This document shows positions 42,443 through 55,334 of a DNA stretch of 64,000 bases, in pieces; position 1 is the first letter of the stretch, and the number at the start of each line of letters is the position of its first letter. A program made the translations under genes and the position numbers. The notes beneath the pieces were generated by a model, which ran no database searches, was not told the DNA's origin, and saw only the letters and a program-made list of their open reading frames with translations. This DNA is from the human T2T-CHM13v2.0 reference genome, Homo sapiens: NCBI RefSeq assembly GCF_009914755.1, contig NC_060926.1. One strand, 5' to 3'.

Positions 42443-42751
42443 ATGGTGGACGCCCCTCCCCTCAACAAGCTCAAGCATCCCAGGTCAACTTCAGACTGCT
42501 GTGCTGACAGTGAGAATTTCAAGCCAGTAGATCTTAGCTTGCTGGGCTCCACGGGGCTGGGATCCACTGAGCTAGACCACTTGGCTCCCTGGCTTCAACC
42601 CCCTTTCCAGGGGAGTGAACGGTTCTGTCTTGCTGGCATTCCAGGTGCCACTGGGGTATTAAAAATACTCCTGCAGCTAGCTGGGTGTCTGCCCAAATGG
42701 CCGCCCAGTTTTGTGCTGGAAACCCAGGGCCCTGGTGGTGTAGGCACCTAA
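42443..42751 (+). other. ORF0-like antisense ORF in the L1 5'UTR (102 aa, open)
   Basis: MVDAPPLNKLKHPRSTSDCCADSENF aligns by eye to the L1 ORF0 N-terminus (MAGAPPPASLPPCSLISDCCASNQR, recalled); ATG context GTAATGG; expression unknown. Confidence 0.55.
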
Positions 42752-43829
42752 GGGAACCTCCTGGACTGTGGGTTGTGAAGACCATGGGAAAAGCATAGTA
42801 TCTGGGCCAGATAGCTCAGTCCCTCATGGCAGGGTCCCTCATGGCTTCCCTTGGCTAGGGGAGGGAGTTCCCTGACCCCTTGCGCTTCCGGGGTGAGGCA
42901 ATGCCCCACCCTGCTTTGGCTTGCCCTCCGTGGGCTTCCCCCACTATCTAACCAGTACCAGTGAGATGAACCAGGTACCTCAGTTGGAAATGCAGAAATC
43001 ACCCACCTTCTGCATTGATCTCACTGGGAGCTACAGATCGGAGCTGTTCCTATTCTGATAAAAACATTCTAAAGTAAAAGTTTATAGAGAAAAATTATGA
43101 GAATACATAATTTTTATACATTTTTAAATCCATTATTTCCTGGTATTAACCAAAAAATAATTTGAAAAATGTAAATCTGATTATGTAAATCATAATCCCG
43201 GCTCATAATCTTTCAGTGCCTTACTCTGCCTTAGTGATCTGACACCAATTCTCTTAGATACACTAGCCTTCAAAGACCTCTCTGAGCTGATGGTGTTTGC
43301 AGCATTTCTTCCTTCTCTCTTCTCACATTCTGATCTGATACCCCCAAGCTGTCCAGCCTCTGAACCTTTGTTCAGGCTGTTACTTCTTCCCAGAACTAGA
43401 TTAAGGAAAGAGCCAGATGGCAAATACCCCAGCAATGCTTAAAGCTGTAATGAAATGGAACAAACTGTGTTTACTAGGACTCCCTTCAGATACAGGACTG
43501 TAGGTGTTAGGAAGGAATAATTTAATAAAGACACTTAGGGATGGGGAATATTGGCAGGGGTAAGTGTGAATAACCACAGATGGTAGGTAGCTACACTGCC
43601 TTCCAAGGAGAGTAGGTCCAGGTAACTGCAGGGCTTTTCTCCTGCTAAGTAGGGTATACAAGCTTGAGGCCAGGTCTGAATGACTTCAAGCAATAAAGAA
43701 GAGGCTTCTGTTGGGCTTCTCTCTCTCTGCTAAACAAATGCTGAGCAAATGGATTTGATGGCAAAGGCCATCAGTCTGAAGGAACACCAAATCACAAACT
43801 GGTCAGATCACTTACAGCTCTGCCCTGTT

Positions 43830-44080
43830 TCTTCTGCAATGCTCTCAATTATCTCCTCCTCCAGGGCCTTCTACCACACACCACCATCTGAACATCTCCC
43901 TTCTCTGAACTCCTTTAGCTCTTAGTTGATACAGCACTTCTCATTCCACTCTGCCTTAAGACTATCTGAGGATGTGCCTTATCTCCTTCAGTAGATGAAA
44001 AACTTCTAGAGGACAAGATTTATTTTTAATTGTACCTCATATACTAGTCAATGTATATTAAATAAATGAATGACTGAATT
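43830..44080 (+). mobile_element. L2 3' end fragment
   Basis: 'AGTAGATGAAAACTTCTAGAGGACAAG...TATATTAAATAAATGAATGACTGAAT'. Confidence 0.6.
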
Positions 44081-45921
44081 AATTGGAGAACAAGTAAACT
44101 ATCTCAGTGCTAAACCAAGAAGACAGAGATTAATGAGTAATAAGAAAAGGTCCTTCAGATACATTACAAAAGGCAACTTACTTGGACCAGTTTGACATAG
44201 GGCGGAGTGAGTAAAGGACAGAGGCTTACTGAAGATTCTACCTTGGCCTGGCCATAAACCTAGAGAAATAAAACCCTGAAGTGTCTAGGGCCCTGCTCAG
44301 AGCACATTTCAGTGTCATTATCTGTCTGACAGCTGGCTCTAAGCAGTCCTATATCGTTCATGAAAAAATGTCATTGAAATGTGAATAATTTGAAGCTCCT
44401 TTGGCATTCCCTAAGTAATTTCACCTAGACAAGTAGCTCTCCCCAGCCTGATGTCACATTGAGTTCTTTGGTTGGAGGTAGGAGTTGAACAAATGCTCAG
44501 ACCCGCATGCTATATATAGGAGAAGACTGCCTCACACATTCTAATAACAATAACCATCCCTGAACTATTTAGCCATTGCCTGCCATATTTCACACTCCTA
44601 TTTCCTGACTCATTTGCAAGAGTCAGGCCTCTGCTGTGAATCACCCTCCACTGCTAGCTCAATCCATTATTCCAGAATTAACCTTCAGACTCAGCAGAAA
44701 ATCCCAAATCCCAGAGTAAGTAATCCCTTACACAGGTAAATTGGACCATCTCCCCTTCAATCCTCTGGGGACACATCTCCCCTGGGATGCTGTTCCCAAC
44801 CAAGTGCCTGGCCAGCTCCTCACACAGTCTTTCCACAATGACTTCACTGCTCTCTCCAGTCATCACTGCCAAGGCACAAGTTTTTCACTTCCTACACAGT
44901 TTCTTTGGTGGGAATTTCACTTGTACAGGATCTGGCTGTCCACATAGACCAGAATTTTCTTAACCCTAGTCAGGTGGTCTTTTTTCCCCCTCCACATCAG
45001 AGATCCACAAATAGCATCTTCTTACAAGAATGAACTGCTTATGTATTGTATCATTCATTTTTTACTTTGTAAGGTTCTCACTAAAAGCTCTACTTTAAAA
45101 GTAATTCAAAAATGGCAAAAATAAGAATACAACTCAAAGAAGATGCTTCAGTATACATTAGGTTACATGCTGCCCCTTAGTACAATTTAAACATTTTAAG
45201 TCCATTTTGTCTGTGACTAATTGACCATTCTAACTTTCACAGTGCTGGTGAAAAATATCCAAATGGATCCTGTTAAACTAGACAGTCAGTATTTCTCAGA
45301 AGTCAGTATTTTCAGCTCTTCTAAGTGAAGATTCTGCTACAAAAAATCTTCCTTCTCCAAATACCAGAAGTCAGCCTATTAGGGACCTAATTATGTACTG
45401 AGATTTATAGGGGCTCTAAAGAAATCCGTCATCCCTGTGACTCCTCCCCACACAACAGGCTGCCATGGGACCTGAAGCTGCTGGAAACAACAGCTTTACC
45501 CCTTTGAGTAAAGGCCATGAGTTTTCTGGCCTTCTCCCCAGTGGACAGTTTAATGTCTCTTCCCACATGCTAGACCCAGCAAGTAAAGTGAAGCATGCTG
45601 CCTCTTAAGTCATTTCATCCTCTTTTGGACAATTCTAGTTTCTTTTAAAAAGATTCCTTAATATATAATAGTAAAACCAACCTCCAATATCTACAATTTA
45701 GAATTTACAACTTTGGCATTTTGTCATTTTATTCATTTTTATAAAAGAAAATAAATGTTATAGATTAAGTTGAAGTCTATTCTCATTAGTTTAGGCCCAT
45801 CTTCCCCACAGGAATTTGGTGTGATTACTTCAAGGCTATTTCTTAAACTTTTCTATATTTAATTTGAATAATATGAATTTGCTTATATTCAACTATTTTT
45901 TGACCTAAGGAATCTAATTTT

Positions 45922-46222
45922 GGCCAGGCATGATGGCTCATGCCTGTAAGCCCAACATTTGAGAGGCTGAAGCAGGAGGATCACTTAAGGCCAGGAGTTC
46001 AAGACCAGCCTGGGCAACATGACAAGACCTTGTCTTCTACTAAAAAAAAAGTTTTTCTAATTAGCCAGGTGTGGTGGTGCATGCCTGTGGCCCCACCTAC
46101 TCAAGAGGCTGAGATGGGAGGATCGCTTGAGCCTGAGAGGTTAAGGGTGCAGTGAACCATGATCCCACCACTGCACTGCAGCCTAGGTGAAGGAGCAAGA
46201 CCCTGTCACACACACAAAATAA
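45922..46222 (+). mobile_element. AluJ, set within old L1M sequence
   Basis: 'GGAGGATCACTTAAGGCCAGGAGTTCAAGACCAGCCTGGGCAACATG' and 'GGGAGGATCGCTTGAGCC'. Confidence 0.93.
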
Positions 46223-46819
46223 ATTTATGTGGTTCAACCGAACATGTATCAATATATTCTTCAAGTGTTGGCTTTTAAAATATATATAAATTATATCGTA
46301 CAATACCTATCACTCTGCAATTTTCTGTTTTTACTCAATGTTATGGTTTTAAGGTCTATATATACATTTTGAGAGCAAGTACATTCACAGCTATATGGGA
46401 CCTATTATATCAAGGTGCCACTTTGTATTGATCCATTATGCAGGGCTTGGTTTGCTTGTTTTGCAATTACAAAAAAAAAAAAAAAAGGTTAACAGTGTAT
46501 ATTCTTGCCAATTTGTCTTCAAAGCATATGAGTCAGTTAAAAAAAAAAGATCGCCAATGGGCTCTTACCAATGATCATACCACTCAGACTTCACCAACAT
46601 TAAGTGAGAGTTCTTACTTTTACCTACTCTCACCAAACTTAACACTATCAGATTTTTTAAATATTTTGCCAATGTGAGGGGCAAAAAATTGTTTCTGTCT
46701 GGGTTGTTTAAATTTCACTTTTCTGATTACTAGTGTGATTGAGACAGCTCTAGTTTTCAGATAGTACTTCCTTACCTGTGAGCCACAATCTGCAACTTCC
46801 ACCCATTGATTTCCTATAT

Positions 46820-48213
46820 CAGCAGTTCTCAACCTTTTGTCTTCAGGGAGCCTTTAAAATCTTTACAAATTATTGGGTACCCCAAAGAGCTTTTGTGTAT
46901 GTGAGTTTTCTCTGTTAATGTGCACTGTATTCAAAATTTTAATTGAGAATTAAACATTTAATTAATGTAAAATGTAATAAATCATTAACATACTTTAAAT
47001 AAAAATAACCATATTTTTCAAAATAAAAAATTTAATGAGAAGAGTGACATTATTTTGCATCTTTGCAAACTGCCTTAATGTCTGACTTAGTAATAAAAGA
47101 CAGCTGGAATCTCATACCTGTTTCTGCACTCAATCTGTTGTGGTATATTGAGTGAAATAGGTGAAGAAAATTCAACCTCATACAGATACATTCTTGGAAA
47201 AGGAATGAGAATTTTAATAGCCTTTGCAGATAACTGTGGAAATTCTTTGGTACTAGGCAGAACTCAACAAGTGGTAGTGTCTTAAAGGTTAGCTGCAATA
47301 TGGAATCTGAAACCATATCAAAGAACATTTTACCTTCTGTTACATTAAAATTCACTGGCCTATCTTACACTTTAAATAGATCTTTGGCCCATGAATGATT
47401 CTCGGACTGCATACATTGGTCATTTAAAAAATATTAATTCACTGGGGTATCAGATTTTCTAAATACTGATACATTTTACACAATATCAAAAAATCATGTT
47501 TGTAATATCGTCATCAATCTAGAAAAGTTTTTAAGGATTGGGAAGCTGGCAAGCTCATGGTGACAGATACAAGTTTTCCAAAATTCTAATCTCCACTTGA
47601 AAGCTTGAATTTTATCACTGGTAACAAATGCTCAGTTTTTCCTTAGAGTGACAGGCTCATTTTGTTGTTAATTTTAAAGAAATGTCTACCAAATACCCAA
47701 GTCTGCATAACCATAGTCTGTCAGTCATGCATTCAACTTAAAATGCCATCCTATGAAAAAAGCAGCTAGTTCAGCTTGCAATTCAAATAACTGCACACTT
47801 GCTTTTCCTCAAAACAATTATATTTGGATAGGCAGCAGAATTACTTTATGCATTCTTCCCATTTTGCCACACAGAATAATAAAGAGATGTGTATTCAAGG
47901 TTTGAAATTTCATAAAATTAATAATTCCTACAGCTTCATCAGGGATTCTCAAGAGAAACTGATCATTTATTATATATGGAGGTGAATAATACAACAACAA
48001 CTAGTACAGTTTGGTGTCACTGCTTTGTTTTCTGCTTTGTTTGTTGCCAGAAGTTTTACCACCACTGCTTTTGCACCATGAGTGCAAATGTCAACACAAT
48101 AAATAGGCAAATAAAATTGTAATATTATCATGAAAATAGTCTTGACCTCACAGACCCCCAGGAAGAATTCCAGGATGCCCAGTCATCCACAGATCACTTT
48201 TTTGAGAATCACC
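46820..48213 (-). mobile_element. Charlie1a-like hAT DNA transposon with transposase C-terminal remnant
   Basis: TIR-like 'CAGCAGTTCTCAA' / 'TTGAGAATCACCA'; ORF 47050..47355 'YHNRLSAETGMRFQLSFITKSDIKAVCK' resembles the Charlie/Buster hAT dimerisation domain. Confidence 0.85.
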
Positions 48214-48227
48214 ACCTTACTTGCTAG

Positions 48228-49510
48228 TTTTCAATTATTGCCTCTTAGCTCAAAATTCACCCTTCATTGCCTGCTCTGTGAATAGAGTTGAGCCTTATAA
48301 ATATATTTCCTTTGCCACCTAGAACGATGTCAAGCTTTGTCAGCAGCAGGTGCTGGAATGACACTGCAGGAAGAAGGGGCCTTCCTCCCTATTTCTGAAT
48401 CTGGCATGCATGGCTTCTCTAGTGCCCAGATCCTACAGCACATACACCTTCTCCAGCATCTGGCTCCTGTAGTGCATAGAAGCTAGTACCAGTCAGTGAC
48501 CAGCCATTTCTCCTGGCATCTCCCTTTGGGTAGTTTCACAGCAAAGAGCCTCCAGCAATATACCTTCCTGTGAAAAGCTTTCCCTGGCATCCTAGTGGGT
48601 GGAATTCTAACAAGTTCTAGAGAACACAGTTTCAGCAAGTTCCACCAGCACTGCATTACAATTAATTCCCCACTACCCAGGGAACCACGGTCATGCCCTC
48701 CAACAAGGTCTGTATCACAGCTGTGGGCAGTCAGGGGACTCTTCCTTGGGTGCTCTAGCTCAGCCCTAGGGATAGGGCTGCTCTTTTATACCTGCTCTTT
48801 CCATACTCTCTCTCTCTTTTTAACTTTTATTTTAGGTTCACAGGTACATATGCAGGTTTCTTTCTTATACAGGTAAACTTGTGTCATGGTGGTTTGTTGT
48901 ACAGATTATTCCATCATCCAAATACTAAGCCTAGGTCCCAAAGTTATTTTTTCTGATCCTCTCCCTCCTCCCACCCTTCAACCTCAAGTAAGCCATAGCG
49001 TCTGTTGTTCCCCTCTATGTTTCCATGTGTTCTCATCATTTAGTTCCCACTTACAAGTGAGAACATGTGGTATTTGGTTTTCTGTTCCCGCATTAGTTTG
49101 CTAAGGATAATGGCATCCAGTTCTATCCATGTTCCTGCAAAATATATGATCTTGCTCTTTTTCATGGCTGCATAGTATTCCATTGTACATGTATACCACA
49201 TTATCTTTATCCAATCTGTCACTGATGGGCATTTACATTGATTCCATGTCTTTGCTATTGTAAATAGTGCTGCAATGAACATTTGTGTGCATGTATCTTT
49301 ATGGTAGAATAATTTATTATATATTCCACTAGGTATATAGCCAGTAATCGAATTGCTGGGTCTCCATACTCTTTTAAAGTTCTTTTTAGTCTTATTATCC
49401 AATGCCTCAAACCTTTAATCTCCTGCTATAGTTAATAATTCTTTATATTCATATTTCTTTGTTCAAATAACTATGTGATTTCTGTCTTCTGATTAGATCA
49501 TGATTGATAT
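48228..49510. mobile_element. ERVL solo LTR (LTR41-like), interrupted by an L1 fragment
   Basis: 'TTGCCTCTTAGCTCAAAATTCACCCTTCATTGCCTGCTCTG', 'AAGCTTTGTCAGCAG..GGTGCTGGAATGACACTGCAGG'; 3' 'TTCAAATAACTATGTGATTTCTGTCTTCTGATT'. Confidence 0.65.
48810..49362 (-). mobile_element. 5'-truncated L1 3' end (older L1PA, about L1PA15-16)
   Basis: 'TAACTTTTATTTTAGGTTCACAGGTACATATGCAGG'; ORF2 C-terminal peptide 'DTCTQMFIAALFTIAKTWNQ'; TSD TCCATACTCT at 48800-48809 and 49363-49372. Confidence 0.92.
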
Positions 49511-49822
49511 GGACCATATAGAACAAAACTCATTTCTCCCATATCAAAAATATCATCTTTGATACCTATTATCAGAATTTTTCCATCAATAGAAAGAAGC
49601 CCTAAACAAGAAGACAGAACAAGTAGGTTTTGGAGAGGAAAATATAAGATATAGACAAATGAAAAGTCCATGGAATGAAGCTTGAAATGAGGAGGATATG
49701 AATGAGGACTTAGAATGGAAATGGTTTTAGGAAATTCAGATGGACAATTGGAAGGCCCTGATCAGCCAAAAGAGAAATTAACTGGGTAATCTGTTAAGGT
49801 GACCTGTTCTGTATTTACCTTG

Positions 49823-50462
49823 TGTATTAATTTCCTATTGCTACTGTAGCATCTTAACACAAACTTAGTGGCTTACAACAATATAAATGTATTGTTTGTA
49901 ACAATGTTATACAAATGTAATAATACACTTGTTATTTATAATGTATTACAATATATTTATTATATAAATGTAACATACCATTTGTTACATTTGTGTTGTT
50001 TTAAGCCACTAAGTTTGTGTTAAGATGTTACTTAAAATTCTGCAGGTCAGAAGTTCAAAATGGGTCTCACCAGGCTAAAATCAAGGTATCAGCAGGGCTG
50101 CATTTCTTCCTGGAGGCTGTAGGGGAGAGTCCATTTCCCTGTCTTTTTAGCTTCTAGAGGCTGCCTACCTTTCTTGGCTTGTGGTCCTTTCCTCCATCTT
50201 CGAAGCCCAAAGTGGAGGGTTACATCCTCATCTCACATCTCTAGGACTGCTCTGCTGCCTCCCTCTTTTGCTTTTAAGAACCCTTGTGATTACTTTGGGC
50301 GTGCCCAGATAAAACAAGATAATCTCCCTATTATAAGGCCAGCCGACTGGCAGCCTTGATTCCATCTGCAACCTTAATTACCCTTTCCAGTAAGGTAACA
50401 GTTACAGATTCCAAGGATTAGAAAGCAGATACCTTTGAGGGACCATTCTATTGCCTACCACA
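49823..50462 (-). mobile_element. MaLR solo LTR (MLT1C-like) carrying an internal fold-back insertion of about 140 bp
   Basis: TG...CA ends; TSD CCTTG/CCTTA; 'GGTCAGAAGTTCAAAATGGGTCTCACCAGGCTAAAATCAAGGTATCAGCAGGGCTG'. Confidence 0.88.
49846..50031. repeat. 46-bp inverted repeat (49846-49891 / 49986-50031), 42/46 identical, 94-bp AT-rich spacer
   Basis: GTAGCATCTTAACACAAACTTAGTGGCTTACAACAATATAAATGTA vs reverse complement GTAACATCTTAACACAAACTTAGTGGCTTAAAACAACACAAATGTA. Confidence 0.95.
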
Positions 50463-52349
50463 CCTTAGGACAGATTGCTTTGTGGAGTTCACTCAACCAG
50501 GATCAAAGAAAGAAATGTTGAAGGGAGATTAATGATAGCCAAGAAATTTACCATTTTTGAAGACTTATAAGCCTTTCTGGCATTGTATTGTGTTGAATTC
50601 AAGTGTATCTATGCATAGGATGCCTCTTTTGACTTTCAAAGAGGTTAAAATCTAACATAGAAAAACAAAATGAACCAAATGTTTCTCCAACAGAAGAGAA
50701 TCTTGTTATTAAAGACAGAGAATATTTTATTCTTCTTTGTTTTTCTGAGCCCAAAACACACTGTCTTGTAGATAGGAGCAAATGCTTGTTTAGTAGAGAG
50801 GAGGTAGAGAGAGGGTTGATATACAGAATAATATATTTTATACACACACGCACACACACATTCTGGAAGGCAAAGAAGAGGATGTAAATTAAGACAATAT
50901 TTAAAAATAAAAGGGAGCTGTGGAAATAGAAAAAAGTTGAATTCCAAGTCCATATTATATTATCTTATTTCAAAGGTCTCTCAAAAATAGCTAAATGAAG
51001 TAGGCTTTCTATGTTTCTCTTCTAATTTTAACACAGAGAGAAAATGTATTCTTCTACCTCTTCAAAAATTGCAAAATATCAGCAGAATAAGTTCCAAGGT
51101 GATAACTTTCCATTCAGAGGGTAAATTTTTACAGTTACGTTAAATTATAGCCCCCTGAGGTTTCAGTAATGGAAATGCCGGCAGACCCTGAAATACAGCA
51201 GCCGCACCCAGAGACTCCCACCCTTTCTCTCTCACCCTCTCCCACCTGCCCCATCACTACTCTCATTTCTACCACTGAGAGAACTGAGCTATTTTTTTTT
51301 TACCAGCTTTTGATTCTGCACTCAAAGTAAACCCTGCCTTATATCAGGAAAATGTATGAAAATATTATTACATATTTGTCAAAAGCCATGGTATCTTTGG
51401 CTGACATATCTGTCCTGTTGCCTAACATTGCCTACTTTGTGTGACTCCAGACACTCCCAATTAGGGATTCAAAGGGCAAAAACAGAAGAATGACTGCCAA
51501 CGCTTTATTACTGAGTCCCTTGCTAGCTGTGTAAGAGGCTCTGAAAGTTGACAGGGGTGGTGGGGCGGGACACAGTTGGGAGGTGTCATGGGACACATTG
51601 CCTCTGACTGTTGCCAGAGCTTCCTTTCTCTTTGGAGAGCTCTATGATTGTTACGGTCTCCCGGGATCACCCTCTAGGCTTACATCCTGCTGTTTTTGGA
51701 GGATTTTTAAGGCAGTGAGTAATTTTTGGGAATTTATCCTAGGTACAGGGATCTAGGAGAGGATGAATGTGCTCCTGTGTTATTGCTCACCTGGCAAGAT
51801 TACAGCTGTCTACAGTTCTGCTAAGTGTCATCATTGGGGTTGTGCACAGAAGCAGGTGAGCACTTAGGGGTTAATATTGTGCATTGGCAGTTCTGAATGC
51901 AGGCCTCAGACGGCATTGCAAAACCTAAGGGCAGGATTTTTTAATTGCCTATTGTCTTCAAAATCTCCATATCTCATGCTGGGAACCTTATGAAAGATGC
52001 AGCATATACCTCTTTTGATACTGCCTTACTGCCTTTCAGCAGCTTTTCCCCCCAGGTACCCCTGCCTGGGACTGTCCACACCAGCAGCCTCACAACTTCC
52101 ATCCTTCCTTCCAATCTTCTCCATTCAAAATGCATCCACCTGTGTCCCATGCCTTCAAAGCTCTATTTCCAGATAAAACTTTGCTTTAACAGATGCTTTC
52201 TGGAAAAAAATAAATAAATAACCTTAAGACAATGAAAATGAAATGAACAAAATTTCAAATCTGAGAAGGGACATGGGTTTGGTATCCCTCAAATCAAACC
52301 ATATAATTTATTAGTAGGGTGGGTGTACATGATTTTTCCCTTCTATGTT

Positions 52350-52520
52350 TCTCATTTGTTAAATAAATATTTATTAGCCAGCATTAATAGTGAAGCACAG
52401 CTGAAGATGTGGAGATGACAGAGAGTTGCTGCCTTTACGGAATTTACAATATAGTAGATAAGAAACAGACATAAATAAATGTAACACTAGGCACAAATAC
52501 ATAAACCGAGTATTGCAGGA
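52350..52520 (-). mobile_element. L2 3' fragment
   Basis: 'AATAAATATTTATTAG...GCTGCCTTTACGGAATTTACAATATAGTAG'. Confidence 0.45.
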
Positions 52521-53431
52521 CTCCTAACACTACTGCCTCCCAAAAAATGGGGTGTCTGCATATATTTAGAGCTAAATTCTGACACAATATATATATATAT
52601 ATACAGTTATGATTATACTTTTTTCAGTTATACACACGAGCCTCACTAAACCTCGCCAGCCTTAACTCTTTTCTGTTTATGATTTAGTGGAAGTAACAGC
52701 AAATGGAAGAAAAAGTAACCTGATGAGAGAAGAAAAGCAATTACACAGCTTATAAAAATACCAAGGATGACTTTTTTTCCTTCCTAGCTGTCACTGATTT
52801 CAAAAACAAAAAGAAAATTTATAACCTGAAAAAGAAAGCACAGAAGTAGGTGCTGATTTGATTTTGTAGCAGATTAGGAACACTGTTAAATGCACTGCAG
52901 TCCTTTATACTTAGAGTAGCATGGGCAGGGAAGGACATCAGATGATCATTTTCCTAGCTCTGTTTATCTATATGTTGCTAGGAGAAAATTTAAAATATTC
53001 ATCAAAAGTGCATTTGGAAATATTACTGGTACTGGTAAAGGAATAGCATCCCAGGCTTCTGTATATTTCATTGTCACCATTTCAGAAATCTCACCTGCCT
53101 GGCAGATTGCTTTGCTTAAAGTGGAAAAAAAATAGTGGTATCTATTTTAAGCATCATGATTCTTAATTTCTTAATCTTCTGTTCTTGAGTTCTATAATAA
53201 ATCCTTTCAAAGTTGTACATATGCATTAAGAAGCACACAAAAGTCACCTTTTCTTTTCTCCTCAAAACATGAAAGCTTTTTTATTCTGTTTAAAAAGGCT
53301 CTTAAAACAAGTTCTCTAAGCCAACTTTCTAATCCACGCATCATGTAACACTAGGACCCAGTTTTTCTGGATGCAGAAACTGTTGTATCTGGTAAAGTTA
53401 TTTCACCCCTTGTCATCCCATGGAAAATTAG

Positions 53432-53773
53432 TGCTAGGGTTTGAATGTTTGTGTTACCCCAAAATTCATAGGTTGAAATTTTAATCCCCAAAGTGATGAT
53501 ATCAGGAGGTGGGGACTTTGGGATTGATTAGAGCCCTCCTGAATGCCATGATGAAAGAGACCCACAGAGACTTCTCACCATTTCCACCATGTGAAGACAC
53601 AGTGAAAAGGCACCATCTGTGAACCAAGAAGTGGTCCCTCACCACATACTGAATCTGCTGGCGCCTTGATCTTGGACTTCCCAGCCTCTAGAACTGAGAG
53701 GAATAAATCTCTCTTGCTTATAAGCCACCTGGATTATGGTTTTTTGTTATAGCAGCCGAAATGGACTAAGACT
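53432..53773 (+). mobile_element. MaLR solo LTR (MLT1A/MLT1A0-like)
   Basis: 'TGCTAGGGTTTGAATGTTTGTGTTACCCCAAAATTCATAGGTTGAAAT', 'GCCTTGATCTTGGACTTCCCAGCCTCTAGAACTG', 'GTTATAGCAGCCGAAATGGACTAAGAC'. Confidence 0.9.
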
Positions 53774-53831
53774 AGTAGCTTCAAGCAGGGCCAGTTCTAG
53801 GAAAACGAAAGGGGAATGTTGTGTTCAGGGG

Positions 53832-53864
<33 letters not shown>
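53832..53864. repeat. (CT)n microsatellite
   Basis: Direct read. Confidence 0.9.
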
Positions 53865-54112
53865 GCTTAAACACAGCTCAGTTTTCACCAAATCCCCTAA
53901 ATAGTAGTTAATAGTAACTAGTAAGAACTAATTAGGAAGTACCTTAAGACTGATAAATATTTCAAGATATATTCCAGAGACATCCCTAATCCATAGGCTC
54001 CTTTACATGCCCAAACCAAAGGATGCCAGCCATGGCCCCAGAAGGTTCTGAGACGGAGGTGTTTGTCCCAAGTTATTCATCAGGATATGAAAGTTAACCC
54101 TCTGGATCTCTA

Positions 54113-54117
<5 letters not shown>

Positions 54118-54181
<64 letters not shown>

Positions 54182-54235
54182 TATATGTGTATATATATAT
54201 ATGTGTATATATATATATATGTATATATATATGTA

Positions 54236-54300
<65 letters not shown>

Positions 54301-54308
54301 GTATATAT
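54118..54308. repeat. Compound (TA)n/(TG)n microsatellite of about 190 bp
   Basis: Two pure (TA) runs of about 22 units (54118-54162 and 54250-54294) flank an interrupted core. Confidence 0.97.
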
Positions 54309-55334
54309 CTCCCCTCACCTCTCTTTCTGGAATGAATTAATAGGTGAATGAATGAATGAATGAGAAAATAAGAAAAGCTTGAGCTGTTTTGCTCAAGTAC
54401 TGCATCTTCTATACATTCTTCCCTAACTAGTGGTCTCTCCTGCCTCTTAACAACTGCGTACTGATTTTATCTTGCTTTGTGAGAGGTCTTGGGTAATTAG
54501 AACATCTCATATAACCCTGCCCTTTATCCACTCAAGGATATTTTCAAGCTGCCTCTCTACACTAGGTTTCTCTAGCACTGCTGACATAACTTGGTGACCT
54601 CAACATTCACACAATGATTCTTTCAACATTCTCATTCCTCACTGACAAACTCCAATCATTTCCCCGGGCCATTTTCAGTCATATATAAGTCCTGCTGCAG
54701 GACCTCTCAGTTTCCAAACTCACCATTCTAATGGTGTTTGCCCCCCATCTGATACCAACCTTTTCCATCTCCCAATCTCCTAGCCCATCAGCTTCATTTA
54801 TCTCTACATCCAACCCCAAGGTCAACAAGGTCAAGCATTGCAACTTGATTCTTGCCAGCACTGTGGGATTCCTCAAAATGTTTCTCTTTTTCACCTATGT
54901 AACTCATGTTGCCAACTCCTGTAAAGTGGGTCATGCCACTCTGTTCCTGCCCTAGACCTGCTGACCCTGGCAAGCAAAACCAGAAGCCAGGGGTCTGGCT
55001 CCTCTATAAATGCACACCTGAGTCCCACCAAGAAAGGACACTGACTTGCCTCCTGCCCTGGACAGATATAAAATGCCCTGAAATGTTGTGCTGCCATGGT
55101 GGGCCCTGGAAAAGTCTCAGGTTATTCCAGCTCCCTCAGCCTTTTCGCACCCTCTCCTTCAATGCTGGCATTTCCTGAGGGTTACAGCTTTCACTTCCTC
55201 TGCCCTGGAATATCAGCAGGGACTTTTTCTGCAGAAGCCTGGAGGGACAAGAGAGCACAAAAGTGTGAGCACATTCCTCAAATGGCTTCCTAAGCTAAGG
55301 GACAGGGCTGAGTGCAGACACCCCACAGGAGGAC

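Noticed and set aside
47050-47355. Transposase-like ORF as a domesticated gene
   Set aside because: Short frameshifted C-terminal remnant within a non-autonomous Charlie1a-like copy
48338-48358. CTCF site normally carried by LTR41-type LTRs
   Set aside because: Reads TCAGCAGCAGGTGCTGG, degenerate in the AGRGGGCG core; binding cannot be supported from sequence
54094-54318. (YI)n ORF
   Set aside because: Translation of the (TA)n microsatellite
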